A DNA stretch of 64,000 nucleotides from Escherichia coli O157:H7 (GCF_013167455.1 NZ_CP038328.1), one strand, 5' to 3'. Positions 1-11,435 are shown, counted from the stretch's first letter. Notes: generated from the letters alone by a model not told the origin. Numbers and translations are program-made.

Positions 1-1
1 A

Positions 2-1147
2 CTCGATGCCAGCGACTGTGAAGTATTAATGTCAGGTATTGCCGACGGTATTAACTCGGAAAATGCATTCTTATCCGTAAATGGGGGAGAGCCAGCACCG
101 CTGGCTCACCACAGCTACGAAGGTGCATTGAAGGCAATTGCATTTGAACTGGAAAAACGGAATTTAAATGACAGCGTGGCCTTAATTGGCCACCGCATCG
201 CTCACGGCGGCAGTATTTTTACCGAGTCCGCCATTATTACCGATGAAGTCATTGATAATATCCGTCGCGTTTCTCCACTGGCACCCCTGCATAATTACGC
301 CAATTTAAGTGGTATTGAATCGGCGCAGCAATTATTTCCGGGCGTAACTCAGGTGGCGGTATTTGATACCAGTTTCCACCAGACGATGGCTCCGGAAGCT
401 TATTTATACGGCCTGCCGTGGAAATATTATGAAGAGTTAGGTGTACGCCGTTATGGTTTCCACGGCACGTCGCACCGCTATGTTTCCCTGCGCGCACATT
501 CTTTGCTGAATCTGGCGGAAGATGACTCCGGCCTGGTTGTGGCGCATCTTGGCAATGGCGCGTCAATCTGCGCAGTTCGCAACGGTCAGAGTGTTGACAC
601 CTCAATGGGAATGACGCCGCTGGAAGGCTTGATGATGGGTACCCGCAGTGGCGATGTCGACTTTGGTGCGATGTCCTGGGTCGCCAGCCAAACCAACCAG
701 AGCCTGGGTGACCTGGAACGCGTAGTGAATAAAGAGTCGGGATTATTAGGTATTTCCGGTCTTTCTTCGGATTTACGTGTTCTGGAAAAAGCCTGGCATG
801 AAGGTCACGAACGCGCGCAGCTGGCAATTAAAACCTTTGTTCACCGAATTGCCCGTCATATTGCCGGACACGCAGCTTCATTACGTCGCCTGGATGGAAT
901 TATATTCACCGGCGGAATAGGAGAGAATTCAAGTTTAATTCGTCGTCTGGTCATGGAACATTTGGCTGTATTAGGCGTAGAGATTGATACAGAAATGAAT
1001 AATCGATCTAACTCTTTTGGCGAGCGAATTGTTTCCAGTGAAAATGCGCGTGTCATTTGCGCCGTAATTCCGACCAACGAAGAAAAAATGATTGCTTTGG
1101 ATGCCATTCATTTAGGCAAAGTTAACGCACCCGCAGAATTTGCATAA
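2..1147 (+). CDS. tdcD: Propionate/acetate kinase TdcD (5' truncated by window edge)
   Basis: Frame continues open upstream of the ORF-track start at 29 back to position 2 ([16 protein letters not shown]...); acetate-kinase-like sequence; position immediately upstream of tdcE as in the K-12 tdc operon. Confidence 0.88.
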   Translation, partial: LDASDCEVLMSGIADGINSENAFLSVNGGEPAPLAHHSYEGALKAIAFELEKRNLNDSVALIGHRIAHGGSIFTESAIITDEVIDNIRRVSPLAPLHNYANLSGIESAQQLFPGVTQVAVFDTSFHQTMAPEAYLYGLPWKYYEELGVRRYGFHGTSHRYVSLRAHSLLNLAEDDSGLVVAHLGNGASICAVRNGQSVDTSMGMTPLEGLMMGTRSGDVDFGAMSWVASQTNQSLGDLERVVNKESGLLGISGLSSDLRVLEKAWHEGHERAQLAIKTFVHRIARHIAGHAASLRRLDGIIFTGGIGENSSLIRRLVMEHLAVLGVEIDTEMNNRSNSFGERIVSSENARVICAVIPTNEEKMIALDAIHLGKVNAPAEFA

Positions 1148-1180
1148 TTTAGTTGAAGTATTGTAGAGAGATTATTTTTC

Positions 1181-3475
1181 ATGAAGGTAGATATTGATAC
1201 CAGCGATAAGCTGTACGCCGACGCATGGCTTGGCTTTAAAGGTACGGACTGGAAAAACGAAATTAATGTCCGCGATTTTATTCAACATAACTATACACCG
1301 TATGAAGGCGATGAATCTTTCCTCGCTGAAGCGACGCCAGCCACCACGGAATTGTGGGAAAAGGTGATGGAAGGCATTCGTATTGAAAACGCAACCCACG
1401 CGCCGGTTGATTTCGATACCAATATTGCCACCACAATTACCGCTCATGATGCGGGATATATTAACCAGCCGCTGGAAAAAATTGTTGGCCTGCAAACGGA
1501 TGCGCCGTTGAAACGTGCGTTACACCCGTTCGGTGGCATTAATATGATTAAAAGTTCATTCCACGCCTATGGTCGTGAAATGGACAGTGAATTTGAATAT
1601 CTGTTTACCGATCTGCGTAAAACCCATAACCAGGGCGTATTTGATGTTTACTCACCGGATATGCTGCGCTGCCGTAAATCTGGCGTGCTGACCGGTTTAC
1701 CAGATGGCTATGGCCGTGGGCGCATTATCGGTGACTATCGCCGCGTAGCGCTGTATGGCATCAGTTATCTGGTGCGTGAACGCGAACTGCAATTTGCCGA
1801 TCTCCAGTCTCGTCTGGAAAAAGGCGAGGATCTGGAAGCCACCATCCGTCTGCGTGAGGAGCTGGCAGAGCATCGTCATGCGCTGTTGCAGATTCAGGAA
1901 ATGGCGGCGAAATATGGCTTTGATATCTCTCGCCCGGCGCAGAATGCGCAGGAAGCGGTGCAGTGGCTCTACTTCGCTTATCTGGCGGCAGTGAAATCAC
2001 AGAACGGCGGCGCGATGTCGCTGGGCCGCACGGCATCGTTCCTGGATATCTACATTGAGCGCGACTTTAAAGCTGGCGTACTCAATGAGCAGCAGGCACA
2101 GGAACTGATCGATCACTTCATCATGAAGATCCGTATGGTGCGCTTCTTGCGTACGCCGGAATTTGATTCGCTGTTCTCCGGCGACCCAATCTGGGCGACG
2201 GAAGTGATCGGCGGGATGGGGCTGGACGGTCGTACGCTGGTGACCAAAAACTCCTTCCGCTATTTGCACACCCTGCACACTATGGGGCCTGCACCGGAAC
2301 CTAACCTGACCATTCTTTGGTCGGAAGAATTACCGATTGCCTTCAAAAAATATGCCGCGCAGGTGTCGATCGTCACCTCTTCCTTGCAGTATGAAAACGA
2401 CGATCTGATGCGTACTGACTTCAACAGCGACGATTACGCGATTGCCTGCTGCGTCAGCCCAATGGTGATTGGTAAGCAAATGCAGTTCTTTGGTGCACGC
2501 GCTAACCTGGCGAAAACACTGCTGTACGCAATTAACGGCGGGGTGGACGAGAAGCTGAAGATTCAGGTCGGGCCGAAAACGGCACCGTTGATGGACGATG
2601 TGCTGGATTACGACAAAGTGATGGACAGCCTCGATCACTTCATGGACTGGCTGGCGGTGCAGTACATCAGCGCGCTGAATATCATTCACTACATGCACGA
2701 CAAGTACAGCTACGAAGCTTCGCTGATGGCGCTGCACGATCGTGATGTCTATCGCACCATGGCGTGCGGCATCGCGGGCCTGTCGGTGGCAACGGACTCC
2801 CTGTCTGCGATCAAATATGCCCGCGTGAAACCAATCCGTGACAAAAACGGCCTGGCGGTGGACTTTGAAATCGACGGTGAATATCCGCAGTACGGCAACA
2901 ACGACGAGCGCGTAGACAGCATTGCCTGCGACCTGGTTGAACGTTTTATGAAGAAAATTAAAGCGCTGCCAACCTATCGCAACGCCGTCCCTACCCAGTC
3001 GATTCTGACTATCACTTCTAACGTGGTGTACGGCCAGAAAACCGGTAACACGCCGGACGGTCGTCGCGCCGGAACACCGTTCGCGCCGGGCGCTAACCCG
3101 ATGCATGGTCGTGACCGCAAAGGTGCCGTGGCCTCATTGACGTCGGTGGCGAAACTGCCGTTCACCTACGCCAAAGATGGGATCTCGTACACCTTCTCAA
3201 TCGTCCCTGCGGCGCTGGGCAAAGAAGATCCAGTACGTAAAACCAACCTTGTCGGCCTGCTGGATGGGTATTTCCACCACGAAGCGGATGTCGAAGGCGG
3301 TCAACACCTCAACGTCAACGTAATGAATCGGGAAATGCTGCTGGATGCCATCGAGCACCCGGAAAAATATCCTAACCTGACAATCCGTGTCTCTGGCTAC
3401 GCCGTGCGCTTCAACGCACTGACCCGTGAACAGCAGCAGGATGTTATTTCACGTACCTTTACCCAGGCGCTCTGA
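1181..3475 (+). CDS. tdcE: 2-ketobutyrate/pyruvate formate-lyase, glycyl radical enzyme
   Basis: 764 aa ORF; C-terminal glycyl radical motif RVSGYAVRF and active-site Cys-Cys (IACCVSPM) visible in the translation; length equals K-12 TdcE. Confidence 0.93.
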   Translation: MKVDIDTSDKLYADAWLGFKGTDWKNEINVRDFIQHNYTPYEGDESFLAEATPATTELWEKVMEGIRIENATHAPVDFDTNIATTITAHDAGYINQPLEKIVGLQTDAPLKRALHPFGGINMIKSSFHAYGREMDSEFEYLFTDLRKTHNQGVFDVYSPDMLRCRKSGVLTGLPDGYGRGRIIGDYRRVALYGISYLVRERELQFADLQSRLEKGEDLEATIRLREELAEHRHALLQIQEMAAKYGFDISRPAQNAQEAVQWLYFAYLAAVKSQNGGAMSLGRTASFLDIYIERDFKAGVLNEQQAQELIDHFIMKIRMVRFLRTPEFDSLFSGDPIWATEVIGGMGLDGRTLVTKNSFRYLHTLHTMGPAPEPNLTILWSEELPIAFKKYAAQVSIVTSSLQYENDDLMRTDFNSDDYAIACCVSPMVIGKQMQFFGARANLAKTLLYAINGGVDEKLKIQVGPKTAPLMDDVLDYDKVMDSLDHFMDWLAVQYISALNIIHYMHDKYSYEASLMALHDRDVYRTMACGIAGLSVATDSLSAIKYARVKPIRDKNGLAVDFEIDGEYPQYGNNDERVDSIACDLVERFMKKIKALPTYRNAVPTQSILTITSNVVYGQKTGNTPDGRRAGTPFAPGANPMHGRDRKGAVASLTSVAKLPFTYAKDGISYTFSIVPAALGKEDPVRKTNLVGLLDGYFHHEADVEGGQHLNVNVMNREMLLDAIEHPEKYPNLTIRVSGYAVRFNALTREQQQDVISRTFTQAL

Positions 3476-3488
3476 CGCCGGAGGATGT

Positions 3489-3878
3489 ATGAAAAAGATT
3501 ATCGAAACGCAACGTGCCCCAGGCGCAATCGGCCCTTATGTTCAAGGCGTTGATTTAGGCAGCATGGTCTTCACCTCCGGTCAAATTCCGGTTTGCCCAC
3601 AGACCGGTGAGATCCCGGCTGATGTGCAAGATCAGGCGCGTTTAAGCCTCGAAAACGTCAAAGCGATCGTGGTTGCTGCCGGGCTGAGCGTGGGCGATAT
3701 CATCAAGATGACCGTGTTCATCACCGATCTGAATGATTTTGCCACCATCAACGAAGTCTATAAGCAATTCTTCGATGAGCATCAGGCGACCTACCCGACC
3801 CGGAGCTGTGTACAGGTCGCGCGTTTGCCGAAAGATGTGAAGCTGGAAATTGAAGCTATCGCAGTACGTAGTGCGTAA
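3489..3878 (+). CDS. tdcF: RidA/YjgF-family enamine/imine deaminase
   Basis: ORF track starts at 3426; trimmed to the ATG at 3489 (MKKIIETQRAPGAIGPY...) giving 129 aa with GGAGG RBS directly upstream. Confidence 0.9.
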   Translation: MKKIIETQRAPGAIGPYVQGVDLGSMVFTSGQIPVCPQTGEIPADVQDQARLSLENVKAIVVAAGLSVGDIIKMTVFITDLNDFATINEVYKQFFDEHQATYPTRSCVQVARLPKDVKLEIEAIAVRSA

Positions 3879-3949
3879 AGCCTCGTGAGCGGGACGGTCG
3901 TAAGGTCGTTCCGCTCCACTTCACTGAACGGCAATCCGAGGGTGTGGAT

Positions 3950-5314
3950 ATGATTAGTGCATTCGATATTTTCAAAATTGGGATTGGTCCCTCCAGTTCG
4001 CATACCGTGGGGCCAATGAATGCCGGAAAAAGTTTTATTGATCGGCTGGAAAGTAGCGGCTTATTAACCGCGACGAGCCATATTGTGGTCGATCTGTACG
4101 GGTCGTTGTCACTGACGGGCAAAGGCCATGCCACGGATGTCGCCATCATCATGGGACTGGCAGGAAACAGTCCGCAGGATGTTGTCATTGATGAGATCCC
4201 TGCATTTATAGAGTTAGTAACGCGCAGCGGGCGGCTGCCAGTGGCATCTGGTGCGCATATTGTTGATTTTCCTGTAGCAAAGAACATTATCTTCCATCCC
4301 GAAATGTTGCCTCGCCATGAGAACGGAATGCGGATCACTGCCTGGAAGGCACAGGAAGAGCTATTAAGTAAAACCTATTACTCTGTCGGCGGCGGGTTTA
4401 TTGTCGAAGAAGAACACTTCGGCCTGTCGCACGATGTCGAAACACCCGTACCTTACGATTTCCACTCAGCAGGTGAACTGCTGAAAATGTGTGATTACAA
4501 CGGCCTGTCTATTTCTGGCCTGATGATGCACAACGAGCTAGCGCTGCGCAGTAAAGCGGAAATTGACGCCGGTTTTGCCCGTATCTGGCAAGTGATGCAT
4601 GACGGTATTGAACGCGGGATGAACACTGAAGGCGTGCTGCCTGGTCCGCTCAATGTGCCGCGCCGTGCCGTAGCGCTGCGTCGTCAGCTGGTTTCCAGCG
4701 ATAACATCTCTAACGATCCGATGAATGTCATCGACTGGATCAACATGTACGCGCTGGCGGTTAGTGAAGAAAACGCAGCTGGCGGGCGCGTGGTAACGGC
4801 ACCGACTAACGGTGCGTGCGGCATTATTCCGGCAGTGCTGGCTTATTACGATAAGTTCCGTCGTCCGGTAAACGAGCGGTCAATTGCCCGCTATTTTCTT
4901 GCAGCCGGGGCTATTGGCGCGCTGTATAAAATGAACGCCTCCATCTCTGGCGCGGAGGTCGGCTGTCAGGGGGAGATTGGCGTGGCCTGTTCAATGGCGG
5001 CGGCAGGGTTAACTGAACTACTGGGCGGCAGTCCGGCGCAGGTATGCAATGCGGCGGAAATCGCGATGGAGCATAACCTTGGACTGACCTGCGAGCCGGT
5101 TGCCGGACAGGTACAAATCCCGTGCATTGAACGTAATGCCATTAATGCCGTGAAAGCAGTAAACGCCGCGCGGATGGCGATGCGCCGCACCTCGGCACCG
5201 CGTGTTTCACTCGATAAAGTGATCGAGACGATGTATGAAACCGGCAAAGATATGAACGATAAATACCGCGAAACATCACGCGGCGGACTGGCCATTAAAG
5301 TGGTCTGCGGCTGA
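3950..5314 (+). CDS. tdcG: L-serine dehydratase (Fe-S), TdcG
   Basis: ORF track starts at a GTG (3944); ATG at 3950 gives [23 protein letters not shown], 454 aa as in K-12; RBS GAGGGTG upstream. Confidence 0.9.
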   Translation: MISAFDIFKIGIGPSSSHTVGPMNAGKSFIDRLESSGLLTATSHIVVDLYGSLSLTGKGHATDVAIIMGLAGNSPQDVVIDEIPAFIELVTRSGRLPVASGAHIVDFPVAKNIIFHPEMLPRHENGMRITAWKAQEELLSKTYYSVGGGFIVEEEHFGLSHDVETPVPYDFHSAGELLKMCDYNGLSISGLMMHNELALRSKAEIDAGFARIWQVMHDGIERGMNTEGVLPGPLNVPRRAVALRRQLVSSDNISNDPMNVIDWINMYALAVSEENAAGGRVVTAPTNGACGIIPAVLAYYDKFRRPVNERSIARYFLAAGAIGALYKMNASISGAEVGCQGEIGVACSMAAAGLTELLGGSPAQVCNAAEIAMEHNLGLTCEPVAGQVQIPCIERNAINAVKAVNAARMAMRRTSAPRVSLDKVIETMYETGKDMNDKYRETSRGGLAIKVVCG

Positions 5315-5338
5315 CATTGCTGTCAGCTTTCATCCTTG

Positions 5339-5365
5339 GGTGCACAAATGTGCACCTTTTTTTTG
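5339..5365 (+). terminator. Rho-independent terminator after tdcG
   Basis: GGTGCACA-AA-TGTGCACC hairpin followed by T8 run. Confidence 0.65.
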
Positions 5366-5588
5366 TGATCTGCCGCAAATAGAGAGTGAATATTCTCTTG
5401 CGATTAATTTAGTAGAAAATTCTTATCCATCTCCGTTATTTCAAAGTCTTGATTGTGAAGATTTTCTCTGACCTCGCGCGTATCATTTCTTTATTCTAAT
5501 AACTCGCCTGCAAAAACGTAGACCGCATATCGCCTTGATGCGGCTCGGAAAAAAATAATAAGCCCTACAAAATATTGAGCGAGAAATT

Positions 5589-6920
5589 ATGGAAATTGCA
5601 TCGAATAAAGGCGTCATTGCAGACGCTTCGACCCCGGCGGGTCGTGCTGGAATGAGTGAGAGCGAGTGGCGAGAAGCGATCAAATTCGACAGTACTGACA
5701 CCGGCTGGGTGATTATGAGTATCGGGATGGCGATTGGCGCGGGGATTGTTTTTCTCCCGGTGCAGGTCGGTTTGATGGGATTGTGGGTATTTTTGCTCTC
5801 ATCGGTGATTGGTTACCCGGCAATGTATCTGTTTCAGCGGTTGTTTATTAATACGCTGGCAGAATCACCAGAATGTAAAGATTACCCGAGCGTCATTAGC
5901 GGTTATTTAGGTAAAAACTGGGGCATCCTGTTAGGTGCACTCTATTTCGTAATGCTGGTGATTTGGATGTTCGTCTATTCCACCGCCATCACCAACGATA
6001 GTGCTTCCTACCTGCATACCTTCGGCGTGACGGAAGGGTTGCTGTCAGACAGTCCCTTTTATGGTCTGGTACTGATTTGCATTCTGGTGGCGATCTCTTC
6101 ACGCGGCGAGAAATTGTTATTCAAAATTTCGACTGGCATGGTGCTGACCAAGCTGCTGGTGGTCGCGGCGCTGGGCGTGTCGATGGTGGGAATGTGGCAT
6201 CTGTATAACGTCGGTTCGCTACCGCCGCTGGGGCTGCTGGTGAAAAACGCTATTATTACGCTGCCGTTTACCCTGACGTCGATTCTGTTTATCCAGACGT
6301 TAAGCCCGATGGTGATCTCTTATCGCTCGCGGGAAAAATCGATTGAAGTAGCGCGGCATAAAGCATTGCGGGCAATGAATATCGCGTTTGGCATTTTGTT
6401 TATCATCGTCTTTTTCTACGCCGTGTCGTTCACGCTGGCGATGGGACATGACGAAGCGGTAAAAGCCTACGAGCAGAATATTTCCGCGCTGGCGATTGCC
6501 GCACAGTTTATTAGCGGTGACGGCGCAGCGTGGGTGAAAGTGGTCAGCGTCATTCTCAATATCTTTGCTGTCATGACTGCATTCTTTGGCGTCTATTTAG
6601 GTTTTCGCGAAGCAACGCAAGGGATCGTAATGAACATCCTGCGTCGCAAGATGCCTGCCGAGAAGATTAACGAAAATCTTGTTCAGCGCGGCATCATGAT
6701 TTTCGCCATTTTGCTGGCCTGGAGCGCCATCGTACTGAACGCACCGGTGTTGAGCTTCACCTCTATCTGTAGCCCGATTTTCGGCTTGGTAGGGTGCCTG
6801 ATCCCGGCGTGGCTGGTTTACAAAGTACCGGCATTGCACAAATACAAAGGGATGTCTCTGTACCTGATTATCGTCACTGGTTTGTTGCTTTGTGTTTCTC
6901 CGTTCCTGGCATTTTCTTGA
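5589..6920 (+). CDS. yhaO: Amino-acid (serine/cysteine) inner-membrane transporter YhaO (alias CyuP/DlsT)
   Basis: 443 aa, multi-pass hydrophobic protein; matches K-12 length and position upstream of yhaM. Confidence 0.85.
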   Translation: MEIASNKGVIADASTPAGRAGMSESEWREAIKFDSTDTGWVIMSIGMAIGAGIVFLPVQVGLMGLWVFLLSSVIGYPAMYLFQRLFINTLAESPECKDYPSVISGYLGKNWGILLGALYFVMLVIWMFVYSTAITNDSASYLHTFGVTEGLLSDSPFYGLVLICILVAISSRGEKLLFKISTGMVLTKLLVVAALGVSMVGMWHLYNVGSLPPLGLLVKNAIITLPFTLTSILFIQTLSPMVISYRSREKSIEVARHKALRAMNIAFGILFIIVFFYAVSFTLAMGHDEAVKAYEQNISALAIAAQFISGDGAAWVKVVSVILNIFAVMTAFFGVYLGFREATQGIVMNILRRKMPAEKINENLVQRGIMIFAILLAWSAIVLNAPVLSFTSICSPIFGLVGCLIPAWLVYKVPALHKYKGMSLYLIIVTGLLLCVSPFLAFS

Positions 6921-6947
6921 TTTACCTGAAATTTTAAGGTTTTTAAT

Positions 6948-8258
6948 ATGTTTGATTCGACTTTAAATCCGTTATGGCAGCGTTACATCCTCGCCGTTCA
7001 GGAGGAAGTAAAACCGGCGCTGGGATGTACTGAACCGATTTCACTGGCGCTGGCGGCGGCGGTTGCTGCGGCAGAACTGGAAGGTCCGGTTGAACGTGTA
7101 GAAGCCTGGGTTTCGCCAAATCTGATGAAGAACGGTCTGGGCGTCACCGTTCCCGGCACGGGAATGGTGGGGCTGCCGATTGCGGCGGCGCTGGGGGCGT
7201 TAGGTGGAAATGCCAACGCCGGGCTGGAAGTGCTGAAAGACGCAACTGCGCAGGCAATTGCCGATGCCAAAGCACTGCTGGCGGCGGGGAAAGTCTCCGT
7301 TAAGATCCAGGAACCTTGCAATGAAATCCTCTTCTCACGCGCCAAAGTCTGGAACGGTGAGAAGTGGGCGTGTGTCACTATCGTCGGCGGGCATACCAAC
7401 ATTGTGCATATTGAGACGCACGATGGTGTGGTGTTTACCCAGCAGGCGTGTGTGGCAGAGGGCGAGCAAGAGTCTCCGCTATCGGTGCTTTCCAGAACGA
7501 CGCTGGCTGAGATCCTGAAGTTCGTCAATGAAGTCCCGTTTGCGGCGATCCGCTTTATTCTCGATTCCGCGAAGCTAAATTGTGCGTTATCGCAGGAAGG
7601 TTTGAGCGGTAAGTGGGGGCTGCATATTGGCGCGACGCTGGAAAAACAGTGCGAGCGCGGTTTGCTGGCGAAAGATCTCTCTTCATCCATTGTGATTCGT
7701 ACCAGCGCGGCATCCGATGCGCGTATGGGCGGCGCCACGCTTCCGGCAATGAGTAACTCCGGCTCGGGTAACCAGGGGATCACCGCAACAATGCCCGTGG
7801 TGGTGGTAGCAGAACACTTCGGAGCGGATGATGAACGGCTGGCGCGTGCGCTGATGCTTTCTCATTTGAGCGCAATTTACATCCATAACCAGTTACCGCG
7901 TTTGTCTGCGCTGTGTGCCGCAACGACCGCAGCAATGGGGGCCGCCGCCGGGATGGCATGGCTGGTGGATGGGCGTTATGAAACCATCTCGATGGCGATC
8001 AGCAGTATGATCGGCGATGTCAGCGGCATGATTTGCGATGGTGCGTCGAACAGCTGCGCGATGAAGGTTTCGACCAGTGCTTCGGCTGCGTGGAAAGCGG
8101 TGTTAATGGCGCTGGATGATACCGCCGTGACCGGCAATGAAGGGATCGTGGCGCATGATGTTGAGCAGTCGATTGCCAACCTGTGTGCGTTAGCAAGCCA
8201 TTCGATGCAGCAAACGGATCGGCAGATTATCGAGATTATGGCGAGCAAGGCCAGATAA
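6948..8258 (+). CDS. yhaM: L-cysteine desulfidase YhaM (alias CyuA)
   Basis: 436 aa; conserved cysteines ([11 protein letters not shown]); gene order yhaO-yhaM. Confidence 0.85.
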   Translation: MFDSTLNPLWQRYILAVQEEVKPALGCTEPISLALAAAVAAAELEGPVERVEAWVSPNLMKNGLGVTVPGTGMVGLPIAAALGALGGNANAGLEVLKDATAQAIADAKALLAAGKVSVKIQEPCNEILFSRAKVWNGEKWACVTIVGGHTNIVHIETHDGVVFTQQACVAEGEQESPLSVLSRTTLAEILKFVNEVPFAAIRFILDSAKLNCALSQEGLSGKWGLHIGATLEKQCERGLLAKDLSSSIVIRTSAASDARMGGATLPAMSNSGSGNQGITATMPVVVVAEHFGADDERLARALMLSHLSAIYIHNQLPRLSALCAATTAAMGAAAGMAWLVDGRYETISMAISSMIGDVSGMICDGASNSCAMKVSTSASAAWKAVLMALDDTAVTGNEGIVAHDVEQSIANLCALASHSMQQTDRQIIEIMASKAR

Positions 8259-8279
8259 ACGCCAGGTTTTGGGTATCGT

Positions 8280-8384
8280 GCCGGATGCGATGCTGGCGCA
8301 TCTTATCCGGCCTACGGGTTGTTTAATTCGTTAATGTTGTTGGATTTTGTAGGCCGGATAAGGCGTTTTCGCCGCATCCGGCAA
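8280..8384. repeat. REP/BIME palindromic elements (two inverted REP units)
   Basis: GCCGGATGCG...CTTATCCGGCCTAC and GTAGGCCGGATAAGGCG...GCATCCGGCAA consensus REP sequences. Confidence 0.75.
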
Positions 8385-8391
8385 CCTGTCT

Positions 8392-8559
8392 TTACGCGGT
8401 AGCTTCATCCTCGGCTAAACGCGTTTCAGCATCCGCGACGATGGCTTCCAGCTCGCTCAACATCTCTTCATAGCCAAAATTTTTGGCGGTGCGAGCAGGT
8501 TCTTTCGCCACCACGGGCTTCACTGGCTGGCGCTTTTTGGCCGATTTTTTACTCATCAT
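8392..8559 (-). CDS. yhaL: Small protein YhaL (about 54 aa; not in ORF track because under 60 aa)
   Basis: Minus-strand ORF MMSKKSAKKRQPVKPVVAKEPARTAKNFGYEEMLSELEAIVADAETRLAEDEATA; AGGGAG RBS directly upstream of three consecutive ATG codons (8554-8562); exact start ambiguous. Confidence 0.65.
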   Translation of the reverse strand: MMSKKSAKKRQPVKPVVAKEPARTAKNFGYEEMLSELEAIVADAETRLAEDEATA

Positions 8560-8578
8560 CATCTCCCTGTAAAAACAA

Positions 8579-9280
8579 CTAGACAGGCAAATCTATCAGC
8601 AAAGCGCGCAGTGGGGAATCGGCAACCAGCGTAATGTTAGCCTCGTCACGAATAAACGCCCCATCACCGCAGGTCAGCGCCGCTTTCTCTTCATGATGCG
8701 TAAGCGCATGAAATTTCCCGTGAATCGATTGCAAATACGTGCGTGGCCCATGCAACTGGAAATTCGCACTTTCGCCTTTGTCGAGCACGATATGGTGCAG
8801 CCACACTTGCTGGCGTAATTGCAGGCTTCCCATCGCACCCTCTGGCGAGGCGATTAAATGCTGCTTGCCCATATTAAGCGCCAGTTTTTGAATCAGCGGA
8901 TTCTCTCGCTGCGGGCAGGCGTCCAGCCAAAGCTGCATTCGTGTTAACGGTTTGTCTTTGCTGAGATTGTGTTCGCTGTAGCTGACACCCGGCTGGGTAG
9001 AGAGCAGCAACGCCTCACCGGCGCTGGCCTGAACATGATTGCCTTCGCTGTCGCGATACTCTGCTTCTCCATCCAGAATCACATTTAAAATATCGACTTT
9101 GGGATAGGTTCGCGGCTGAAAGGCGGCACCTGGGGCCAGCACTTCCTGGTTAAGCACACGCAGGGAGGCATAGCCTAACAATTTCGGGTCGAAGTAGTGT
9201 CCAAAGGAAAAAGTATACCGGGCCTGCAACCATCCGTAGTCTGCTTGTCCACACTGCCTGGCAGTTCGGGTAGTAATCAT
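8579..9280 (-). CDS. yhaK: Pirin-like (cupin) protein YhaK
   Basis: 233 aa; divergent from LysR regulator yhaJ. Confidence 0.88.
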   Translation of the reverse strand: MITTRTARQCGQADYGWLQARYTFSFGHYFDPKLLGYASLRVLNQEVLAPGAAFQPRTYPKVDILNVILDGEAEYRDSEGNHVQASAGEALLLSTQPGVSYSEHNLSKDKPLTRMQLWLDACPQRENPLIQKLALNMGKQHLIASPEGAMGSLQLRQQVWLHHIVLDKGESANFQLHGPRTYLQSIHGKFHALTHHEEKAALTCGDGAFIRDEANITLVADSPLRALLIDLPV

Positions 9281-9384
9281 AATTCTTGACCTCTCTTTAC
9301 TTCCTTTTATGGTAAGGGGCTGGACGCTACATTGTTAGCCAGATATTCTGCCCGGTATGTTCAAATTTCCTGAATGAGAACGAA

Positions 9385-10281
9385 ATGGCCAAAGAAAGGG
9401 CATTAACGCTGGAAGCACTACGGGTTATGGATGCGATCGATCGCCGGGGCAGTTTTGCGGCGGCAGCGGATGAGCTGGGACGCGTGCCTTCCGCACTTAG
9501 CTACACCATGCAAAAACTGGAAGAAGAGCTGGATGTGGTGCTGTTTGACCGCTCGGGCCATCGCACCAAATTCACCAATGTCGGGAGGATGTTGTTGGAG
9601 CGAGGGCGCGTTTTGCTGGAAGCCGCAGATAAACTGACTACTGATGCGGAAGCTCTCGCGCGCGGTTGGGAAACGCATCTCACCATTGTGACCGAAGCGC
9701 TGGTACCGACACCTGCCTTTTTCCCGTTAATCGACAAACTGGCGGCAAAAGCCAATACCCAACTGGCAATCATCACAGAAGTGCTGGCGGGGGCGTGGGA
9801 ACGGCTGGAGCAGGGGCGGGCGGATATTGTTATCGCGCCGGATATGCATTTTCGTTCCTCGTCGGAGATCAACTCGCGCAAGCTCTATACGTTAATGAAC
9901 GTCTACGTTGCCGCGCCTGATCACCCGATTCATCAGGAGCCGGAACCGTTATCTGAAGTGACGCGTGTGAAATATCGTGGAATTGCGGTGGCGGATACCG
10001 CTCGTGAGCGCCCGGTGTTGACTGTACAGCTGCTGGACAAACAGCCGCGCTTAACGGTGAGCACGATTGAAGATAAACGTCAGGCATTACTGGCGGGGCT
10101 TGGCGTGGCGACGATGCCGTATCCGATGGTCGAAAAAGATATTGCGGAAGGGCGGTTGCGTGTCGTCAGCCCGGAATCGACCAGCGAGATCGATATTATT
10201 ATGGCCTGGCGTCGTGACAGTATGGGGGAAGCGAAATCCTGGTGTCTGCGGGAAATTCCCAAACTTTTTAACGGAAAATAA
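9385..10281 (+). CDS. yhaJ: LysR-family transcriptional regulator YhaJ
   Basis: 298 aa; N-terminal HTH (LRVMDAIDRRGSFAAAADELGRVPSALSYTMQKLE) typical of LysR family. Confidence 0.9.
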   Translation: MAKERALTLEALRVMDAIDRRGSFAAAADELGRVPSALSYTMQKLEEELDVVLFDRSGHRTKFTNVGRMLLERGRVLLEAADKLTTDAEALARGWETHLTIVTEALVPTPAFFPLIDKLAAKANTQLAIITEVLAGAWERLEQGRADIVIAPDMHFRSSSEINSRKLYTLMNVYVAAPDHPIHQEPEPLSEVTRVKYRGIAVADTARERPVLTVQLLDKQPRLTVSTIEDKRQALLAGLGVATMPYPMVEKDIAEGRLRVVSPESTSEIDIIMAWRRDSMGEAKSWCLREIPKLFNGK

Positions 10282-10297
10282 TATTTATTATTGTTAA

Positions 10298-10321
10298 TAA
10301 AAAGGGGCGAAATATCGCCCC
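10298..10321 (-). terminator. Rho-independent terminator of yhaI
   Basis: GGGGCGA-AATA-TCGCCCC hairpin with T-run on the minus strand; lies between convergent yhaJ and yhaI. Confidence 0.55.
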
Positions 10322-10331
10322 AATTCTAAGA

Positions 10332-10688
10332 TTAATTTGAACCAAACTTCGGATCGTTTCCGTAACGATTGCTGCCAGAAGTACCTTCTGTGCAGAAAAA
10401 AACCAGAAGCACGAGCCAGCCAATAAACGGAACAAAAAAGAGCAAGGCCCAGGCACCTGAACGGTCGGTATCGTGTAAGCGACGGATAGCAAGCGCAAGG
10501 ACGGGAAGGAAGGTTGCCAGCAAATAAAGCATAGACAGATATGGAAGCTCCAGACCTAAAATCAATTGAATGACATTGATAATAGCGCCGACGATGGCGT
10601 TAATCAGAGTAAACATCCAGTACTCTTTACGACGTGCGCGACCAGAGAAACCAACATAATTTTTTAATACGGATAAATACCACTGCAT
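10332..10688 (-). CDS. yhaI: DUF805 inner-membrane protein YhaI
   Basis: 118 aa; shares YLxVLKNYVGFxGRARRKEYWMF and RRLHDTDRS motifs with adjacent yhaH. Confidence 0.85.
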   Translation of the reverse strand: MQWYLSVLKNYVGFSGRARRKEYWMFTLINAIVGAIINVIQLILGLELPYLSMLYLLATFLPVLALAIRRLHDTDRSGAWALLFFVPFIGWLVLLVFFCTEGTSGSNRYGNDPKFGSN

Positions 10689-10882
10689 AAAAACATCCCT
10701 TTAATTAAAAGTGACGAAAGTCTATTCCGGGTATTGTGTAAATGCTATTCGTATCTTTCTTTTTCGGATGTTATAAAGGTTTTGATATTTAAGATAAATA
10801 CATGGTTATTTTTATAGGTAATTTATATAACGACATTGAAATATTTTAAATAAACATTAGTAAATTATTCATTCATCAACAT

Positions 10883-10914
10883 GATGATAAAAGCCGGATG
10901 AGTCAGACATCCGG
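10883..10914 (-). terminator. Rho-independent terminator of yhaH
   Basis: CCGGATG-N7-CATCCGG hairpin followed by CTTTTATCAT on the minus strand, 15 nt downstream of the yhaH stop. Confidence 0.5.
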
Positions 10915-10928
10915 CGAGCAGATTTGTT

Positions 10929-11294
10929 TTAAGGTTCCAGTTTTGGATCAGGTCCAAAGCGGTTTTCGCCTGGCGTACCCGCCTGGCAGTTAAAGACGAT
11001 GATAATAAGCCAGCCGATAAACGGGATTAAGAATAGCAGTGCCCACCACGCCGAGCGGTCGGTGTCGTGCAGGCGGCGGAACTGAACTGCCCACCACGGT
11101 AAAAACACCAGAATACCGTAGATTGTCGTCAGGATGCCTTCGCCACCAGCGCGTTGCCAGCCTAACATTTTATCCAGCAGCCCCAGCACGAACGTAAAGA
11201 TGATGTTGACCAGAATAAACATCCAGTACTCTTTGCGCCGCGCACGACCCCGGAAACCGACATAATTTTTTAGTACTTTCAGATACCAGTCCAT
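10929..11294 (-). CDS. yhaH: DUF805 inner-membrane protein YhaH
   Basis: ORF track starts at a TTG (11315); ATG at 11294 gives MDWYLKVLKNYVGF..., 121 aa as in K-12. Confidence 0.85.
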   Translation of the reverse strand: MDWYLKVLKNYVGFRGRARRKEYWMFILVNIIFTFVLGLLDKMLGWQRAGGEGILTTIYGILVFLPWWAVQFRRLHDTDRSAWWALLFLIPFIGWLIIIVFNCQAGTPGENRFGPDPKLEP

Positions 11295-11435
11295 TTTTGC
11301 CTCAATTTTGCTCAATCACTTGTTTTTAAAGCAGCAAATTAAGAATAGACGTGAATGAAATGGCAGTAAATATTCGTTCAAGGAATTAATAAAGTGCTGT
11401 GAAGGCGCGCTAAGACTGATGACAAGCGCAAAATT

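Noticed and set aside
2330-3106. 258-aa minus-strand ORF inside tdcE
   Set aside because: Antisense shadow ORF fully contained in a conserved glycyl-radical enzyme gene; His/Arg/Val-rich low-complexity translation; no RBS
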